The notes under the pieces: model-generated
Told to the model about the DNA's origin: nothing
Seen by the model: only the letters and a program-made list of their open reading frames with translations
Databases searched by the model: none
Virus record (IMG/VR): IMGVR_UViG_3300031595_000004
Length of the DNA: 64,000 nucleotides
From: an uncultured virus (IMG/VR IMGVR_UViG_3300031595_000004)
Taxonomy: Duplodnaviria > Heunggongvirae > Uroviricota > Caudoviricetes
Direction: 5' to 3' (one strand)
Made by a program: the position numbers and the translations under genes
Shown here: piece by piece, positions 18,524 to 28,993 of the stretch
How the letters are laid out: each line of letters opens with the position of its first letter
Numbering within the stretch: the stretch's first letter is position 1

Positions 18524-20416
18524 TTAGTTGACGGGTTGAACGATAATATAGGCTTGGCCAGCCGTTACAGTGTCTATAACAGGCAGTCCATTTGCGGCTT
18601 GTACCTGGAGACCGAAACCGAGCGCAATGTTTGGTGTGAGTCCGGTTTCTAGGAAACTAATCATGAAGTAATCGTAATATAGACCGGATTCGTCTTGAGG
18701 AACGAGAGATACCGAAGTTTGATAAATGTTTCCTGCTCCAACCGCGACGGTATACGTATGCGTCGTTCCTGGAGAACCTGTTCCTTCATATTGAAACGGA
18801 CAGAATGCTGTGATTATTACTTTTCCAGCGGCGCCTGTATTGCCAGTCACGGATGCGACTGTGTGATTTGCGCCGTCGGCTAGATTAATAGCGCCACCAG
18901 CAGCTATTACGGACGCAGCGAGTGTAGAACCAGTCGCGCCCGTCGCGCCCACTCCTCCAGTTCCGCCCGTCGGTCCGGTAGGTCCGGTCGCGCCCGTAGT
19001 ACCCGTTGTCCCGTTTGGTCCCGTTGCTCCCGTGTGCCCGGTCGCTCCGACTGCCCCCGCGGCTCCCGTCGCTCCAACTCCTCCCGTCCCTCCGGTTGCG
19101 CCCGTTGGCCCGGTTGCGCCCGTGGCGCCGCTGGTTCCGGTCGTTCCCGTCGGTCCGGTCGCTCCCGTATGTCCGGTCGCTCCGACCGCTCCGGCGGCTC
19201 CGGTCGCGCCTGCCGCGCCTGCGGCCCCCGTCGCTCCGACGCCTCCCGTAGTCCCTGTCGGTCCGGTTGCGCCCGTGGCACCACTGCTTCCGGTTGTTCC
19301 CGTCGGTCCGGTCGCTCCCGTATGACCTGTGGCTCCGACCGCTCCTGCGGCTCCGGTCGCCCCTACCGTACCTGCGGCTCCCGTCGCGCCTGTAGCGCCC
19401 GCGCCCGTAGCTCCTGCCGGTCCCGTGGCTCCGCTCGGTCCCGTGGGTCCCGAAGCGCCTCCTCCTGGTCCCGTCGGCCCCTGCGTGCCCGTAGCGCCCG
19501 TGACGCCCGCTCCCGTGGCGCCCGTTGCGCCCGCGGGTCCAGAAGCGCCCGTCGCACCGCTCGCGCCCGTGACGCCGGCTCCCGTGGCGCCAGTTGCGCC
19601 CGCGGGTCCAGAAGCGCCTGTCGCACCGCTCGCGCCTGTAACGCCGGCTCCCGTGGCGCCAGTTGCGCCCGCGGGTCCCGAAGCGCCCGTGGCCCCCAAA
19701 GGCCCGCTCGCGCCCGTGGCTCCCGATCCGGTTGCGCCCGTCGCGCCCGCGGGTCCCGTGGCGCCCGAAGGTCCCGAGGCGCCCGTAGCTCCCGCTCCTG
19801 GACCCGTCGCGCCTTGGCTACCCGTCGCGCCTTGGCTACCCGTCGCGCCGGTCGCTCCGAATCCGCCTACCGCGTTAATGGTCGGCTCTTGTGGAGTGCC
19901 GCCAAGAGTGATGTTCGTTCCGGCGACAACCATGAGAACGCCGGTATTATTGACCGTGGGGTCAATGGTAGGATCGCCCGTAATCGAAATACCAGGTCCG
20001 GCCGATACCGAAGTAACCGTCCCCGTCCCTCCCCCTCCTCCCCACGGCGGCGGCGTAATCCCTTGACTTTCGAAGTACCCCTCGCCCGCGATAATGAGCG
20101 CAATGATAGCATTGCAAATGGTGGTGAATGAATCCGGGTCGAGCGTTTCTGTCGTAAGCTCGGTGTCGCGCTGTTCCCAAACGGCCTTGCATGCTTTTTC
20201 GATAATGAACACTTCGAGTGTATCGGGCGGGTCCGTATCGGGATTGAGTTCCCAGGCCGTATCGAAACTTGCGGCGAACGATCCTGCGATGACAGCGTTC
20301 TTTCCGTAGTCGCTGACGGTCGGGTCCAAGATGACGCGCCCCGAAGCCGCGAATCCGGAGATGACTCCCGAGTACGCGGCGGTATAGACAAGAACGTTAT
20401 TCGGTGTATAGGCCAT
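18524..20416 (-). CDS. Collagen-like fibre, family A (about 100 Gly-X-Y triplets)
   Basis: Anchor domain; GAT-rich run at about 18930-19860; unique head. Confidence 0.9.
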   Translation of the reverse strand: MAYTPNNVLVYTAAYSGVISGFAASGRVILDPTVSDYGKNAVIAGSFAASFDTAWELNPDTDPPDTLEVFIIEKACKAVWEQRDTELTTETLDPDSFTTICNAIIALIIAGEGYFESQGITPPPWGGGGGTGTVTSVSAGPGISITGDPTIDPTVNNTGVLMVVAGTNITLGGTPQEPTINAVGGFGATGATGSQGATGSQGATGPGAGATGASGPSGATGPAGATGATGSGATGASGPLGATGASGPAGATGATGAGVTGASGATGASGPAGATGATGAGVTGASGATGASGPAGATGATGAGVTGATGTQGPTGPGGGASGPTGPSGATGPAGATGAGATGATGAAGTVGATGAAGAVGATGHTGATGPTGTTGSSGATGATGPTGTTGGVGATGAAGAAGATGAAGAVGATGHTGATGPTGTTGTSGATGATGPTGATGGTGGVGATGAAGAVGATGHTGATGPNGTTGTTGATGPTGPTGGTGGVGATGATGSTLAASVIAAGGAINLADGANHTVASVTGNTGAAGKVIITAFCPFQYEGTGSPGTTHTYTVAVGAGNIYQTSVSLVPQDESGLYYDYFMISFLETGLTPNIALGFGLQVQAANGLPVIDTVTAGQAYIIVQPVN

Positions 20417-20487
20417 GATTTCCCTCTTCGGCCGAAAATCTCGGCCTATCCTTTCTCGACTTTACGTTGTGACTAATTCTTGGGCCG

Positions 20488-21600
20488 TTATGCGACTGGA
20501 ATAACCGATACGTTGGCTGCGCCAGCCCCAATTTCTGCGACGGTCGGAAGGGGAGGGAATGCCGTAACATTGAATGAAAATGTATGAGAGCCAGGAGTGA
20601 GATCGATAAGAAGTTCGGACCAGGCGAACGTGGTATCGAACCCAACGCCTTCGCCTGCTGTGAATTGAGTGATGGCTACGCTTTGAATGAGCGTAGAGTC
20701 TACGAACATATCGACATCCATATTGTTGTTAAACCCATTGGGCTGGTAGTGAAACGGAAAGAATACGGACATATACGCTTTGCCGCTCGCTCCGACGATG
20801 ACCGAACCGATAGCGACTACCGTGTCCGAACCGCCTGAGAAATCGATGAGGGAACCGTTATCGAATACATTCGAAGCTCCCTGAGATCCGGACGGACCTG
20901 TCGCTCCACTTGCGCCGGTTGCTCCTCCACCTGGACCCGTAGCGCCCTGGGGACCAGTTGCTCCCGTTGCCCCTCCGCCTGGTCCCGTCGCGCCCACGGC
21001 GCCACTTGCTCCCGTGGCTCCCGCTCCCGTGGCGCCCGTAGCTCCGGCGCCACCTACGGCATTGATAATGGGGTTTTGCGCGCTTCCGCCAATGGTAACG
21101 TTCGTCCCTGCCCGAACTGTGAGAACCCCGGTATTATTGACCGTCGGATTGACAGTTGGACTTCCAGAGATCGAAATTCCCGGTCCGGCGGAGACTGACG
21201 TGACAGTTCCACTGCTGCCCGATGGCCACGGTGGAGGGGTAATCCCCTGACTTGTGAAGTATCCCTCGCCCGCAATAATGAGAGCGATGATGGCTTCACA
21301 GATAGTCGTGAAGGATTCTGGAAGTAGCGTTTCGCTCGTAAGCTCGGTGTCGCGGTTCTCCCAAACCGCTTTGCAGGCTTTCTCGATAATGAAGACTTCG
21401 AGCGTATCGGGCGGATCGGTATGGGGATTAATATGCCAGGCTGTATCGAAGCTCGCTGCGAACGCGCCTGCGATGACGGCGTTCTTTCCGTAGTCGCCGA
21501 CAGTCGGGTCGAGAATCACACGTCCTGAAGCCGCGAATCCGGAGATGACTCCGGAGTACGCGGCTGTGTAAACAAGTACATCGTTCGGTACGTAGCTCAT
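20488..21600 (-). CDS. Collagen-like fibre, family A (short shaft)
   Basis: [17 protein letters not shown] anchor nearly identical to 18524-20416; about 20 triplets. Confidence 0.85.
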   Translation of the reverse strand: MSYVPNDVLVYTAAYSGVISGFAASGRVILDPTVGDYGKNAVIAGAFAASFDTAWHINPHTDPPDTLEVFIIEKACKAVWENRDTELTSETLLPESFTTICEAIIALIIAGEGYFTSQGITPPPWPSGSSGTVTSVSAGPGISISGSPTVNPTVNNTGVLTVRAGTNVTIGGSAQNPIINAVGGAGATGATGAGATGASGAVGATGPGGGATGATGPQGATGPGGGATGASGATGPSGSQGASNVFDNGSLIDFSGGSDTVVAIGSVIVGASGKAYMSVFFPFHYQPNGFNNNMDVDMFVDSTLIQSVAITQFTAGEGVGFDTTFAWSELLIDLTPGSHTFSFNVTAFPPLPTVAEIGAGAANVSVIPVA

Positions 21601-21692
21601 GTGCGGTTCTTCTTTCCTCAAGCATTGGTTGTTTGGTAGTTCATGAATTACTGCGGACTTATGAGGAAAGATGAATTATCAAAGCGTAAAGA

Positions 21693-22043
21693 CTATCGGA
21701 AATACGCCTTGGCTCCGAAGTATCCGCCAAGGCCACCGATGAGCGCTCCGGGAGCTCCGAACGCGTAGCCGCCGAGCGCAGCGAGTGTGCCGCCTGCAAG
21801 GAGCGGCTTGTGCGCGGATGCCAAGTGTCTCGCTTCGGAGAGTGGATCCATTCCGAAGTCCGGATCGTCGTAGATGCTCGGATCGTAGCTCGCTTCGTAA
21901 TCGGTCGGATAGGCGTACTCGGGTCCCGTGTAATACGGGTTCCAATTCCAAGGACGCGGCGCAAGTCCGAGACCGGCGTATCCGTATCCGACTCCCGTGT
22001 TGTATCCATGGTTTCGTGGAAAGTGACCAGATCGATTGTGCAT
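21693..22043 (-). CDS. Small membrane protein with glycine-zipper C-terminus
   Basis: GYAGLGLAPRPWNWNPYY module shared with the next two genes; LLAGG.LAALGGYAFG..GALIGGLGGY. Confidence 0.65.
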   Translation of the reverse strand: MHNRSGHFPRNHGYNTGVGYGYAGLGLAPRPWNWNPYYTGPEYAYPTDYEASYDPSIYDDPDFGMDPLSEARHLASAHKPLLAGGTLAALGGYAFGAPGALIGGLGGYFGAKAYFR

Positions 22044-22074
22044 TGGGTACTTCTCCGTGCATGACGAGAGCGGT

Positions 22075-22797
22075 TTAGAAAAGCGAATCGTCGTCTACGA
22101 ATGCGTCCGGGTCGTAGTTCGGATCGACGTCGGTGGGGTAGTAGACATCGTTCGGATAGTACGGATCCCAGTTCCAGGGGCGCGGCGCAAGACCAAGTCC
22201 CGCGTATCCGTATCCGCGTCGGTCGAACATTCGGCCGTAGCTTCCACGCTGCGTCTCCGAGAATTGCCGCGTCGTATTGGGAGGCGTGAAGACCTTCTGA
22301 CGAGCCGCCGCAGGTTGTACGGGAGCGGCAATGGGAGGACCTCCGGCGCCGCGCGCTGCCCCTCCGGCGCCTCCGCGTGCACCTCCTCCGCCCGCTGCCC
22401 CTCCGGCGCCTCCGCGTGCACCTCCTCCGCCCGCTGCCCCTCCTCCGCGTCCTCCGCCGAATCCGGAACTTCCGTCGAACTCCCAGCCGTGCGCACTTGG
22501 ATGTTTTCTTCCGCGTCCTCCGCCGAATCCGGAACTTCCGTCGAACTCCCAGCCGTGCGGAGAGACCGATGTATTGGTGTAATACGGTCGGCAGTTGACG
22601 AGATTGCCGTGCCTGTCCACATCACAGATCATCGTATTGGGACTCGGCAGATCGTCGCCGTGCATGGCTGACGGTCCTCCGTAGGGACGGCAATTGACGA
22701 GATTGCCGCGCCTGTCGACGTCGCAGAGCATGACTGCACTCGGGCGGGGAGCCGGTCCGTCGTCTTCACCACTCATCGGGGGGTAGTAACTGAGCAT
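22075..22797 (-). CDS. Modular low-complexity protein (putative virion precursor)
   Basis: MLSYYPPMSGE leader, 2x CDVDxxGNLVNCRPY, 2x HGWEFDGSSGFGGGRG, Gly/Ala tract. Confidence 0.7.
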   Translation of the reverse strand: MLSYYPPMSGEDDGPAPRPSAVMLCDVDRRGNLVNCRPYGGPSAMHGDDLPSPNTMICDVDRHGNLVNCRPYYTNTSVSPHGWEFDGSSGFGGGRGRKHPSAHGWEFDGSSGFGGGRGGGAAGGGGARGGAGGAAGGGGARGGAGGAARGAGGPPIAAPVQPAAARQKVFTPPNTTRQFSETQRGSYGRMFDRRGYGYAGLGLAPRPWNWDPYYPNDVYYPTDVDPNYDPDAFVDDDSLF

Positions 22798-22833
22798 GGG
22801 GATTATCGTCCTTTCTTGTGGTAAGTGCGTGAA

Positions 22834-23784
22834 CTATCGGAGCCTCTTGGCTCCGTAATATCCTGCGAGACCTCCGAGCGCAGCGCCCTTGAGGCCGAAG
22901 CCGTATCCTCCGAGAACTCCAAGTCCTACTCCGGCTAGTAGCGGATCGATTCCGAAGTCAGGGTCGTCGTACGTATTGGGGTCGTAATCGAAATCGGTTT
23001 CTTCTAGCATGTATTCTGGACCCGTGTAATACGGATTCCAATTCCAGGGCCGTGGGGCTAAGCCCATACCAGCGTAGCCGTGTCCGCGTGGGCTGTGCTG
23101 ACGTGTTGTTAGTGGAGGCGTAAAGACGTGCTGTCGTGAGGCTGCGGCTCTGCCCGGTCCTGCGTATCCGAACGAGTCTACATCCTTCCGTACTGGCATT
23201 TCACGACCCGAAGGGGTGACGTAGATATTAACTGAAGTGGTTGCGCCTGCCCCTGCACCTCCAGTTACGGTAGCCGTAAAGTTGTCGGAGGTATAAGCGT
23301 CTGTGGATGTCGAAGTTGGACTCCTGACTTCCGTAGAAGTTGAAGTTGGACTTCGGACTTCTGTAGACGTTGGACTACGGACTTCGGTGCGCGTACGAGA
23401 AGACGTTGGACTCCTAACTTCCTGACCGTACGGACCATGGTCCCAACCGTGTGGCGAAACGTTGGTGGCTCCGTAGTACGGTCGGCAGTTGACGAGATTG
23501 CCATGTCTGTCCACGTCACAAATCATCGTATTCGGACTTGGTAGATCGTCACCATGCATGGCGGAAGGACCTGCGTAGGGGCGGCAATTATAGAGATTAC
23601 CGCGCTTGTCCACGTCGCAGAGCATGACGGCCGCGCTCGGGCGCTCATCTTCGCCAGCGTAGGTTGGTCTACGCTGTCTACCTGAGATGGCGTAGACTTG
23701 TGAAGATTGCGGATCCAGTTTGGCGAGCGGATCGATTCCGAAGTCGTCATTTTCGCCGCTCATGGGCGGGTAGTAACTGAGCAT
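22834..23784 (-). CDS. Modular protein, paralogue of 22075-22797, with C-terminal glycine-zipper membrane segment
   Basis: Same leader and Cys modules; 4x EVRSPTS repeats; FGIDPLLAGVGLG tail. Confidence 0.7.
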   Translation of the reverse strand: MLSYYPPMSGENDDFGIDPLAKLDPQSSQVYAISGRQRRPTYAGEDERPSAAVMLCDVDKRGNLYNCRPYAGPSAMHGDDLPSPNTMICDVDRHGNLVNCRPYYGATNVSPHGWDHGPYGQEVRSPTSSRTRTEVRSPTSTEVRSPTSTSTEVRSPTSTSTDAYTSDNFTATVTGGAGAGATTSVNIYVTPSGREMPVRKDVDSFGYAGPGRAAASRQHVFTPPLTTRQHSPRGHGYAGMGLAPRPWNWNPYYTGPEYMLEETDFDYDPNTYDDPDFGIDPLLAGVGLGVLGGYGFGLKGAALGGLAGYYGAKRLR

Positions 23785-23813
23785 TGTGGTGGTCTCCCGA
23801 CGTAGTGTGCGAA

Positions 23814-24014
23814 TTATTTCTTCGCCAACCGTCTCGCTTGCAAAAGCTCGATTCCTGCGCGCTTGGTATATCCGCGCTCGTGCGAGTCGCGCGCGAGATT
23901 GAGAATATGGTTGTAAAGTGGAAGGAGCTCTTTTCGAACTTCCTTCTTCATGAGTCTCGTTTTGATGAGGCTCATACGAAACTTGGAACGCTTCTTCTTT
24001 CGTTTTGCTGGCAT
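23814..24014 (-). CDS. Small basic protein (MPAKRKKK...)
   Basis: K/R-rich N-terminus; AGGAG upstream. Confidence 0.65.
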   Translation of the reverse strand: MPAKRKKKRSKFRMSLIKTRLMKKEVRKELLPLYNHILNLARDSHERGYTKRAGIELLQARRLAKK

Positions 24015-24020
24015 GCTGCC

Positions 24021-25472
24021 TTACTCCTTGAAGAATCCGCCGCTGGATAAGACGTACCCAAGTCCCCCACCGATGGCCGCGCCTACGGGGCCGAACAGCA
24101 CAAGTCCAAGACCGCTCGCCCCGAGTGTCCACACGAAAGGCTGATTGACTTCGCTCTCTCCGTGGCGAACGCCTACTTGACTTTCGCGATCGTTGACCGT
24201 GTGAAGGACGTTTTGAGCGATATCGTGCGGCGCGTGACGAGCCCCTATCGCCAGCGCCCGCGCTGCCCTTTGCCTGTGTGTGAGATTGGTCGGATCTTTT
24301 GAGTGACGACGTCCAAGGTGTAGGGCAAGTGCCGTGTCGAACCCGAGCTGGTCATCGCTCCATTTTTTATGTTTTCCCCCTCGATGGTGGCGATGATGAC
24401 GATGGGACTGGTGGATACTGGATTCATAATCTTCTCCTACCGATACCGTCACGGGAGGGCCAAGGGAGTTACGAACGGCCAATAGCTGCGCTTGGGTCAC
24501 TCCAGGAGTATGTACAAGCGCGATGCCTTGATCGAATCCGACGGTTCCTTGACCTGCGAGATTCTTGCGCGCCGAAGCGATGACTGGGTCTTGCTCGGCG
24601 AGCCCCGCGGCCTTATGTGCAAGCTTCTGGTGCGCGTCCGGGGTCGTGACGACCGCCTTCGCTTGAGTCTGAATGTTCTTGGCGTGACTCAATGTCATGC
24701 CGATAGTAAGTCCGTCGAGAATCTCTTTCTTCGTTTTCGCGTCTGCTCCAGGAATGCTATCGATGGCGGACTGAAGAACGACGTCCGCGACATTGATCTT
24801 GCTCCCAGGGTGCATTGCTTCTTGGATGAGAGCCTTCTGAGCCGGTTTCGGTACCATATCGATGGCGCGCTTGACGTCTTGAGCCGCGACGGCCACACCA
24901 TTAATAGTGTCTTGGGCCATCCCTAAACCGTGCACGAGCATATCTTTGGCTTCGTCGGGAATGACGACTCCGAGATTGCTCGCCAGATCCAAGACACCTT
25001 CTTCGATGACTTGGAGCATCGGTTTCTTTTCGATAGCGGCCTTGCCGATATCGTACGCGTCCTTGACGAAGACTCCTCCCGGGATAGCGCCCGCGGTCGC
25101 AGCAAGAAGGACTTCGTCAATGGGCTTTCCTTCCGCAAGCGCGAGACCCCCTCCGATGGCCGCTGCGCACGGAGACCCGATACCAGGGACGAACGATACG
25201 ATGGCTTCCACGTAGGGACCTAGAACACGCGCGGCGTGCATGGCCTTGTGGAGGCCGTCGACCATGGCCCTATCGATACGTTGACCGCGGAGCGTATTGT
25301 ACGCGACCTGATAGGGCCACGTCATCCAATCGACGACGGCTCCAGCCACACCAGACGCAACTTTGCCGACGACCTTGGCAACATTGCCTACGGTGTCGGC
25401 GGCATCGTGAATGAAGTGACCTATGTCTATGCCCACAGCATGCTCTCTATCGCTCTCGTGGGTGGTTCCCAC
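24021..25472 (-). CDS. Putative virion membrane/DNA-delivery protein
   Basis: 483 aa, Ala/Gly-rich helical, VPGIG hydrophobic hairpin, His-rich tract, C-terminal glycine zipper. Confidence 0.55.
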   Translation of the reverse strand: MGTTHESDREHAVGIDIGHFIHDAADTVGNVAKVVGKVASGVAGAVVDWMTWPYQVAYNTLRGQRIDRAMVDGLHKAMHAARVLGPYVEAIVSFVPGIGSPCAAAIGGGLALAEGKPIDEVLLAATAGAIPGGVFVKDAYDIGKAAIEKKPMLQVIEEGVLDLASNLGVVIPDEAKDMLVHGLGMAQDTINGVAVAAQDVKRAIDMVPKPAQKALIQEAMHPGSKINVADVVLQSAIDSIPGADAKTKKEILDGLTIGMTLSHAKNIQTQAKAVVTTPDAHQKLAHKAAGLAEQDPVIASARKNLAGQGTVGFDQGIALVHTPGVTQAQLLAVRNSLGPPVTVSVGEDYESSIHQSHRHHRHHRGGKHKKWSDDQLGFDTALALHLGRRHSKDPTNLTHRQRAARALAIGARHAPHDIAQNVLHTVNDRESQVGVRHGESEVNQPFVWTLGASGLGLVLFGPVGAAIGGGLGYVLSSGGFFKE

Positions 25473-25484
25473 CCAGTGCGTGAA

Positions 25485-25685
25485 TTACTTGACTTGCTTA
25501 ATCTCTATCTTATTGGCTTCTACCCTCTTCAGTCTTGTCGCTACGAGAAGATCGATAAGTTTGGTGAGCTGGTCATCACTGAGGCTATCGGCGATATCCT
25601 GAACGATGCTTTTGCCGCCCGTCTTGAACCCCTTCTCGAGAGTCGACTTGAGGTACATCTTGATAAAGTCGGGAGAGATATCCAT
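25485..25685 (-). CDS. Hypothetical protein
   Basis: 66-aa ORF in the operon. Confidence 0.5.
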   Translation of the reverse strand: MDISPDFIKMYLKSTLEKGFKTGGKSIVQDIADSLSDDQLTKLIDLLVATRLKRVEANKIEIKQVK

Positions 25686-25723
25686 TGAATTATTTTCCTT
25701 TGACGGTCAAAGAGTTCGGATGA

Positions 25724-25834
25724 CTAGCCCTTGCGCTGTCTGATAATGCTTTCCAGACGGTGTTTACGTCTCTCGAGTTCCGCGAGTGGAATCTGCCCCT
25801 TCTTGGTCTTCAGTGATTTCTTCTTCTTGGCCAT
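25724..25834 (-). CDS. Small basic protein, 36 aa (MAKKKKSLKTKK...)
   Basis: Hand-translated; GAGG RBS upstream; below the ORF track cut-off. Confidence 0.55.
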   Translation of the reverse strand: MAKKKKSLKTKKGQIPLAELERRKHRLESIIRQRKG

Positions 25835-25973
25835 GTCGAGTGCCTCCTCTGTCCACGCTATCGTATCGGTTGACGAGTGGTGCTATAAAAACTTCGATTC
25901 CATTTTGCGCCGCCAGAAGGATGTCGATTTGTGCGTGAATCCAATGACGGTCGGCAGAGTTCATCGCGGTACT

Positions 25974-26789
25974 TCAATACCCCGGGTCCGCAGAATTGCT
26001 CGCGACGATTTGCGCGACGGCTGGATCGACGGCGTACTGGAGAGCCGTCAGTGTCTTGGGACCTGCGACGCCGTCCGCTACGAGACCCGACGCAATCTGA
26101 AACGCCTTGATTGCGGCTGTGGTTTTATTGCCGATAATGCCATCAATCTTGAGAGGCGGTTTCGCTCCGAGCGCATTGAGCGCCCGCTGCATACTCGAGA
26201 CATCGCTCACAGGCAATTGGGACGCCGTTTTGGACAAGTGCGCTACCATGTCCGGAGATGCCGTTTGGACAGTCGAGTAAGACGATATCGGACGGCCTGC
26301 CGCTGCCTTGTGACCCAAGGCTATTTCGAGATGCTTTCGCGTGGGCAGATCGGCGACGGCCGTAATGGGTAGTTCGATAGACCGCTGGAACGCGCCGATA
26401 GCCCTTTGTGTAGCGGGCGAGATACGGCCAGAGATAGTGATGGGACCGAAGCCGAGCGTTATCAAGCCTCGCTGGACATCCTCAATCGATTGCATCGAGA
26501 GATTCGTAGCGGCTCCGCTGCGGCTCACAAGGACGGGAGCCGCCTTATTGACGCTTGGACCAGGCTTGTAGGGCGCAGGCTGGTAGATAGCCTGAGGCCC
26601 GTTGTCCGGCAGTGGGGGGACTTCGGTGAGCGACGTGCGCGGATGCTTGTGGTGACTGCGTGTGGGGACGACCACGGTATCGCCGTTTTTGTTGGGCAGT
26701 GCTTGAATTTCCGGCTCTTCGTCCTCCATCGCACCGTAGAGGAAATAGGCGCCTGTACCTCCGATGAGCAGTAAGATTATAGGATGCAT
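25974..26789 (-). CDS. Membrane-anchored peptidoglycan-binding protein (2 PG_binding_1-like domains)
   Basis: N-terminal TM; MQRALNALG..LKIDGIIGNKTTAAIKAFQ..GLVADGVAGPKT. Confidence 0.85.
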   Translation of the reverse strand: MHPIILLLIGGTGAYFLYGAMEDEEPEIQALPNKNGDTVVVPTRSHHKHPRTSLTEVPPLPDNGPQAIYQPAPYKPGPSVNKAAPVLVSRSGAATNLSMQSIEDVQRGLITLGFGPITISGRISPATQRAIGAFQRSIELPITAVADLPTRKHLEIALGHKAAAGRPISSYSTVQTASPDMVAHLSKTASQLPVSDVSSMQRALNALGAKPPLKIDGIIGNKTTAAIKAFQIASGLVADGVAGPKTLTALQYAVDPAVAQIVASNSADPGY

Positions 26790-26797
26790 TCGTCCCT

Positions 26798-27685
26798 CTA
26801 TTGGATTGGCCCACCACTCGCATCGTCTCGTGGATCGATAGAAGACGGAATAAGCTTCTTGGCCTCTTCCTCTTCCATTTGCTTTTTTCGTGTAGCTTCT
26901 TCGAATCGCGCCATGAGAGGACCAAGAAGCTTGGGAGGAATGAGGCCCATGGCCGCCAATTGTTGAATTGCTTCTGGCTTTACTTCTTCGGCCATAGAAT
27001 CGATGAGCGCCGTATCGGAAGTAGACTGAGGGAAGATGTCTCTTCCACTGACGGTGTTGACGAGAGCCGGCACCATGCCCACGAGCGCTTTACGCTCGCT
27101 CGCAGATTGCTTGAACTGAAGTTCGCGCATTCTCTGCTCATGGTTTTCGGTCGCCTTCTGCATCATCATCTCTCGGACGATGCCGTAGGCGTCATTGACC
27201 TCGTCACGAAGGCGTGCTTCGCGTTCGGCCATTGCTTGTTCGCGCTGCAAACTCGTGACAGCTCCCGTCTGAATGAGGTTGACGAGCATTTGGGTAATGT
27301 TTTCGGTATGGCGCATGGCTTGCGCCACAAGCCCTTGACCGTCCGGAGTTTCCTTGACCGTGCGGCCACGGCCCCCTTGCTGGAGCTCGCCCTCCATGAC
27401 CGTGATTGTGTGGTGAAGTCCAGGGGCACTACTGCCGTAAAAAGCTTGCATCTCGAACTGCTGAATACCGCCGAAGTCTTGGGCATACTGTTCGGCCAAG
27501 CCCTGAAAGATCTTCGCAAGGTCTTTGGCGTCGTGACTCTTGCCTTTGAGATTGATGGTCTTGACTTCACGGTTGCCGCCGCCGTGCTTGAGATACATCA
27601 AGGCCATAGCCGTACAGGGGGATTCCCTGTCCGGCTCGGAGAGTGCTTGAGCGATCCATTGCTCGAGAGGTGTGTATTTGGCCAT
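26798..27685 (-). CDS. Hypothetical helical protein, 295 aa
   Basis: Long ORF with coiled-coil-like segments. Confidence 0.65.
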   Translation of the reverse strand: MAKYTPLEQWIAQALSEPDRESPCTAMALMYLKHGGGNREVKTINLKGKSHDAKDLAKIFQGLAEQYAQDFGGIQQFEMQAFYGSSAPGLHHTITVMEGELQQGGRGRTVKETPDGQGLVAQAMRHTENITQMLVNLIQTGAVTSLQREQAMAEREARLRDEVNDAYGIVREMMMQKATENHEQRMRELQFKQSASERKALVGMVPALVNTVSGRDIFPQSTSDTALIDSMAEEVKPEAIQQLAAMGLIPPKLLGPLMARFEEATRKKQMEEEEAKKLIPSSIDPRDDASGGPIQ

Positions 27686-27733
27686 CTGAAAATACCGTGC
27701 GCCACGTTGGCGCGGGAGTCATCAATGATTGAA

Positions 27734-27907
27734 TTACCGTCTTCTTCTTTGGTGTGGGAGTTTGCCACGCGTTGCCAAGTCTACCGTTACTTCAGAAAGT
27801 ATTCGTTTGACATCGTCTTTAAGTTCTTGACGAGTAGGATCACGTCCCAACTTTATAATGAGCGCTTCGTAGATTGTCGGTTTTCGACTCTTTCTACTGT
27901 GAGGCAT
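27734..27907 (-). CDS. Small basic protein (MPHSRKSRK...)
   Basis: MPH-K/R N-terminus; GGGAG RBS. Confidence 0.6.
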   Translation of the reverse strand: MPHSRKSRKPTIYEALIIKLGRDPTRQELKDDVKRILSEVTVDLATRGKLPHQRRRR

Positions 27908-27911
27908 GGCA

Positions 27912-28508
27912 TCACTCCCTCTGCAATTCCGTATCGCCCACGAATTCGAAGTCCGCATCCCTGACCGGAGGCGGATTCTTCGCGATATACTCCCTTACCA
28001 TCCGAAACCGCTCATCGCTCTCCGGAGTCGTATTGCCTGTCTCGCCGATGTATGCGCGCAGGTCTCGATTGCCAGAGAACCGAAGTGCGCGGCGGATCAT
28101 GTGGACGCCCAAGTGAATGCAGACCTTCTCGTCGGCCAAGAGATCGGCGCCCGTAAAGCCGTCTTTCGATGGCGCAATCTCTCGCTCGTCTTCGACAATC
28201 GCAATTCCCGAATTGGTGTGGATTTGCATGTAGCAGAATGCGCGTCCGCTATCGCATTCGCCGCGTTTGCATTTGCCATCTTGGATACGGTCTATAAAGC
28301 GCGATTCGCGCGCGCCCACGGCCGCTACAAGGAGCGCCATATGGGCGTGGGCGTAGTTTCCGCGAAAGGTGACTGGCTCATGGTAAACGACGTCGACAAT
28401 GTCTTCGGCAATGGAGGAAAGTTTGGCGATTCTCTCATCGGATTTCCCTTGCTGGGGAGTCCACGAGAGAATGGCTGCGAATAGCCAGGAGACAATGATT
28501 GAATTCAT
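27912..28508 (-). CDS. Lysozyme-like/lytic transglycosylase with signal peptide
   Basis: ARESRF catalytic-Glu-like motif, CDSGRAFCYMQI, N-terminal signal. Confidence 0.55.
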   Translation of the reverse strand: MNSIIVSWLFAAILSWTPQQGKSDERIAKLSSIAEDIVDVVYHEPVTFRGNYAHAHMALLVAAVGARESRFIDRIQDGKCKRGECDSGRAFCYMQIHTNSGIAIVEDEREIAPSKDGFTGADLLADEKVCIHLGVHMIRRALRFSGNRDLRAYIGETGNTTPESDERFRMVREYIAKNPPPVRDADFEFVGDTELQRE

Positions 28509-28532
28509 GCACGAACCTTTCCGGTTTGAGGT

Positions 28533-28991
28533 TTATCGTCTGACTTGATCAGGACTCTGAGGCGGACTTGGCGGTAATGGTGGAGGAGGTTTACTCGGAT
28601 GCGAGTGTCCGAAAAGTTTGGTGTCGAGGCCGATAGTCGCTTTCGCGTTCACTAGTTCTGGGTCAATGAACGCAATCCAAGAGAGCCAGCTTGGGGCGCC
28701 GTTTGGGTAGATGGCCTTGAAGGCGACTGCGAAAAGCCCCATCGCGCCGAAACTTGCGACAACGCCGTTCCAGACAGCCTTCTGCCAAGGGACGCCGTCA
28801 GTCTCCGCTTGAAGTACCGAGTAGACTTGACCTAGTCCCAAAATCAAGACAGGTTTCCACCTGTCCGGAATCGAGATAGGAAGTTTGCTCGTGTCGCTCA
28901 TCGCAGCGGTTACATAGCTAATGAGGACCATCGCGAGTGGGAGCCATTTTTGACCCGTGAAGTCTTGGATGATTTGCAAAAGTGGATTCAT
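28533..28991 (-). CDS. Holin-like multi-TM protein
   Basis: About 3 hydrophobic segments; adjacent to a muralytic gene. Confidence 0.5.
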   Translation of the reverse strand: MNPLLQIIQDFTGQKWLPLAMVLISYVTAAMSDTSKLPISIPDRWKPVLILGLGQVYSVLQAETDGVPWQKAVWNGVVASFGAMGLFAVAFKAIYPNGAPSWLSWIAFIDPELVNAKATIGLDTKLFGHSHPSKPPPPLPPSPPQSPDQVRR

Positions 28992-28993
28992 GG

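Noticed and set aside
15655..21250. Long plus-strand and alternate-frame ORFs (PVAPVAP, Arg-rich)
   Set aside because: They are shadows of the GC-rich collagen repeats on the minus strand.
22075..23784. RiPP precursor cluster
   Set aside because: No recognisable RiPP modifying enzymes or transporter nearby; the context is virion structural genes.
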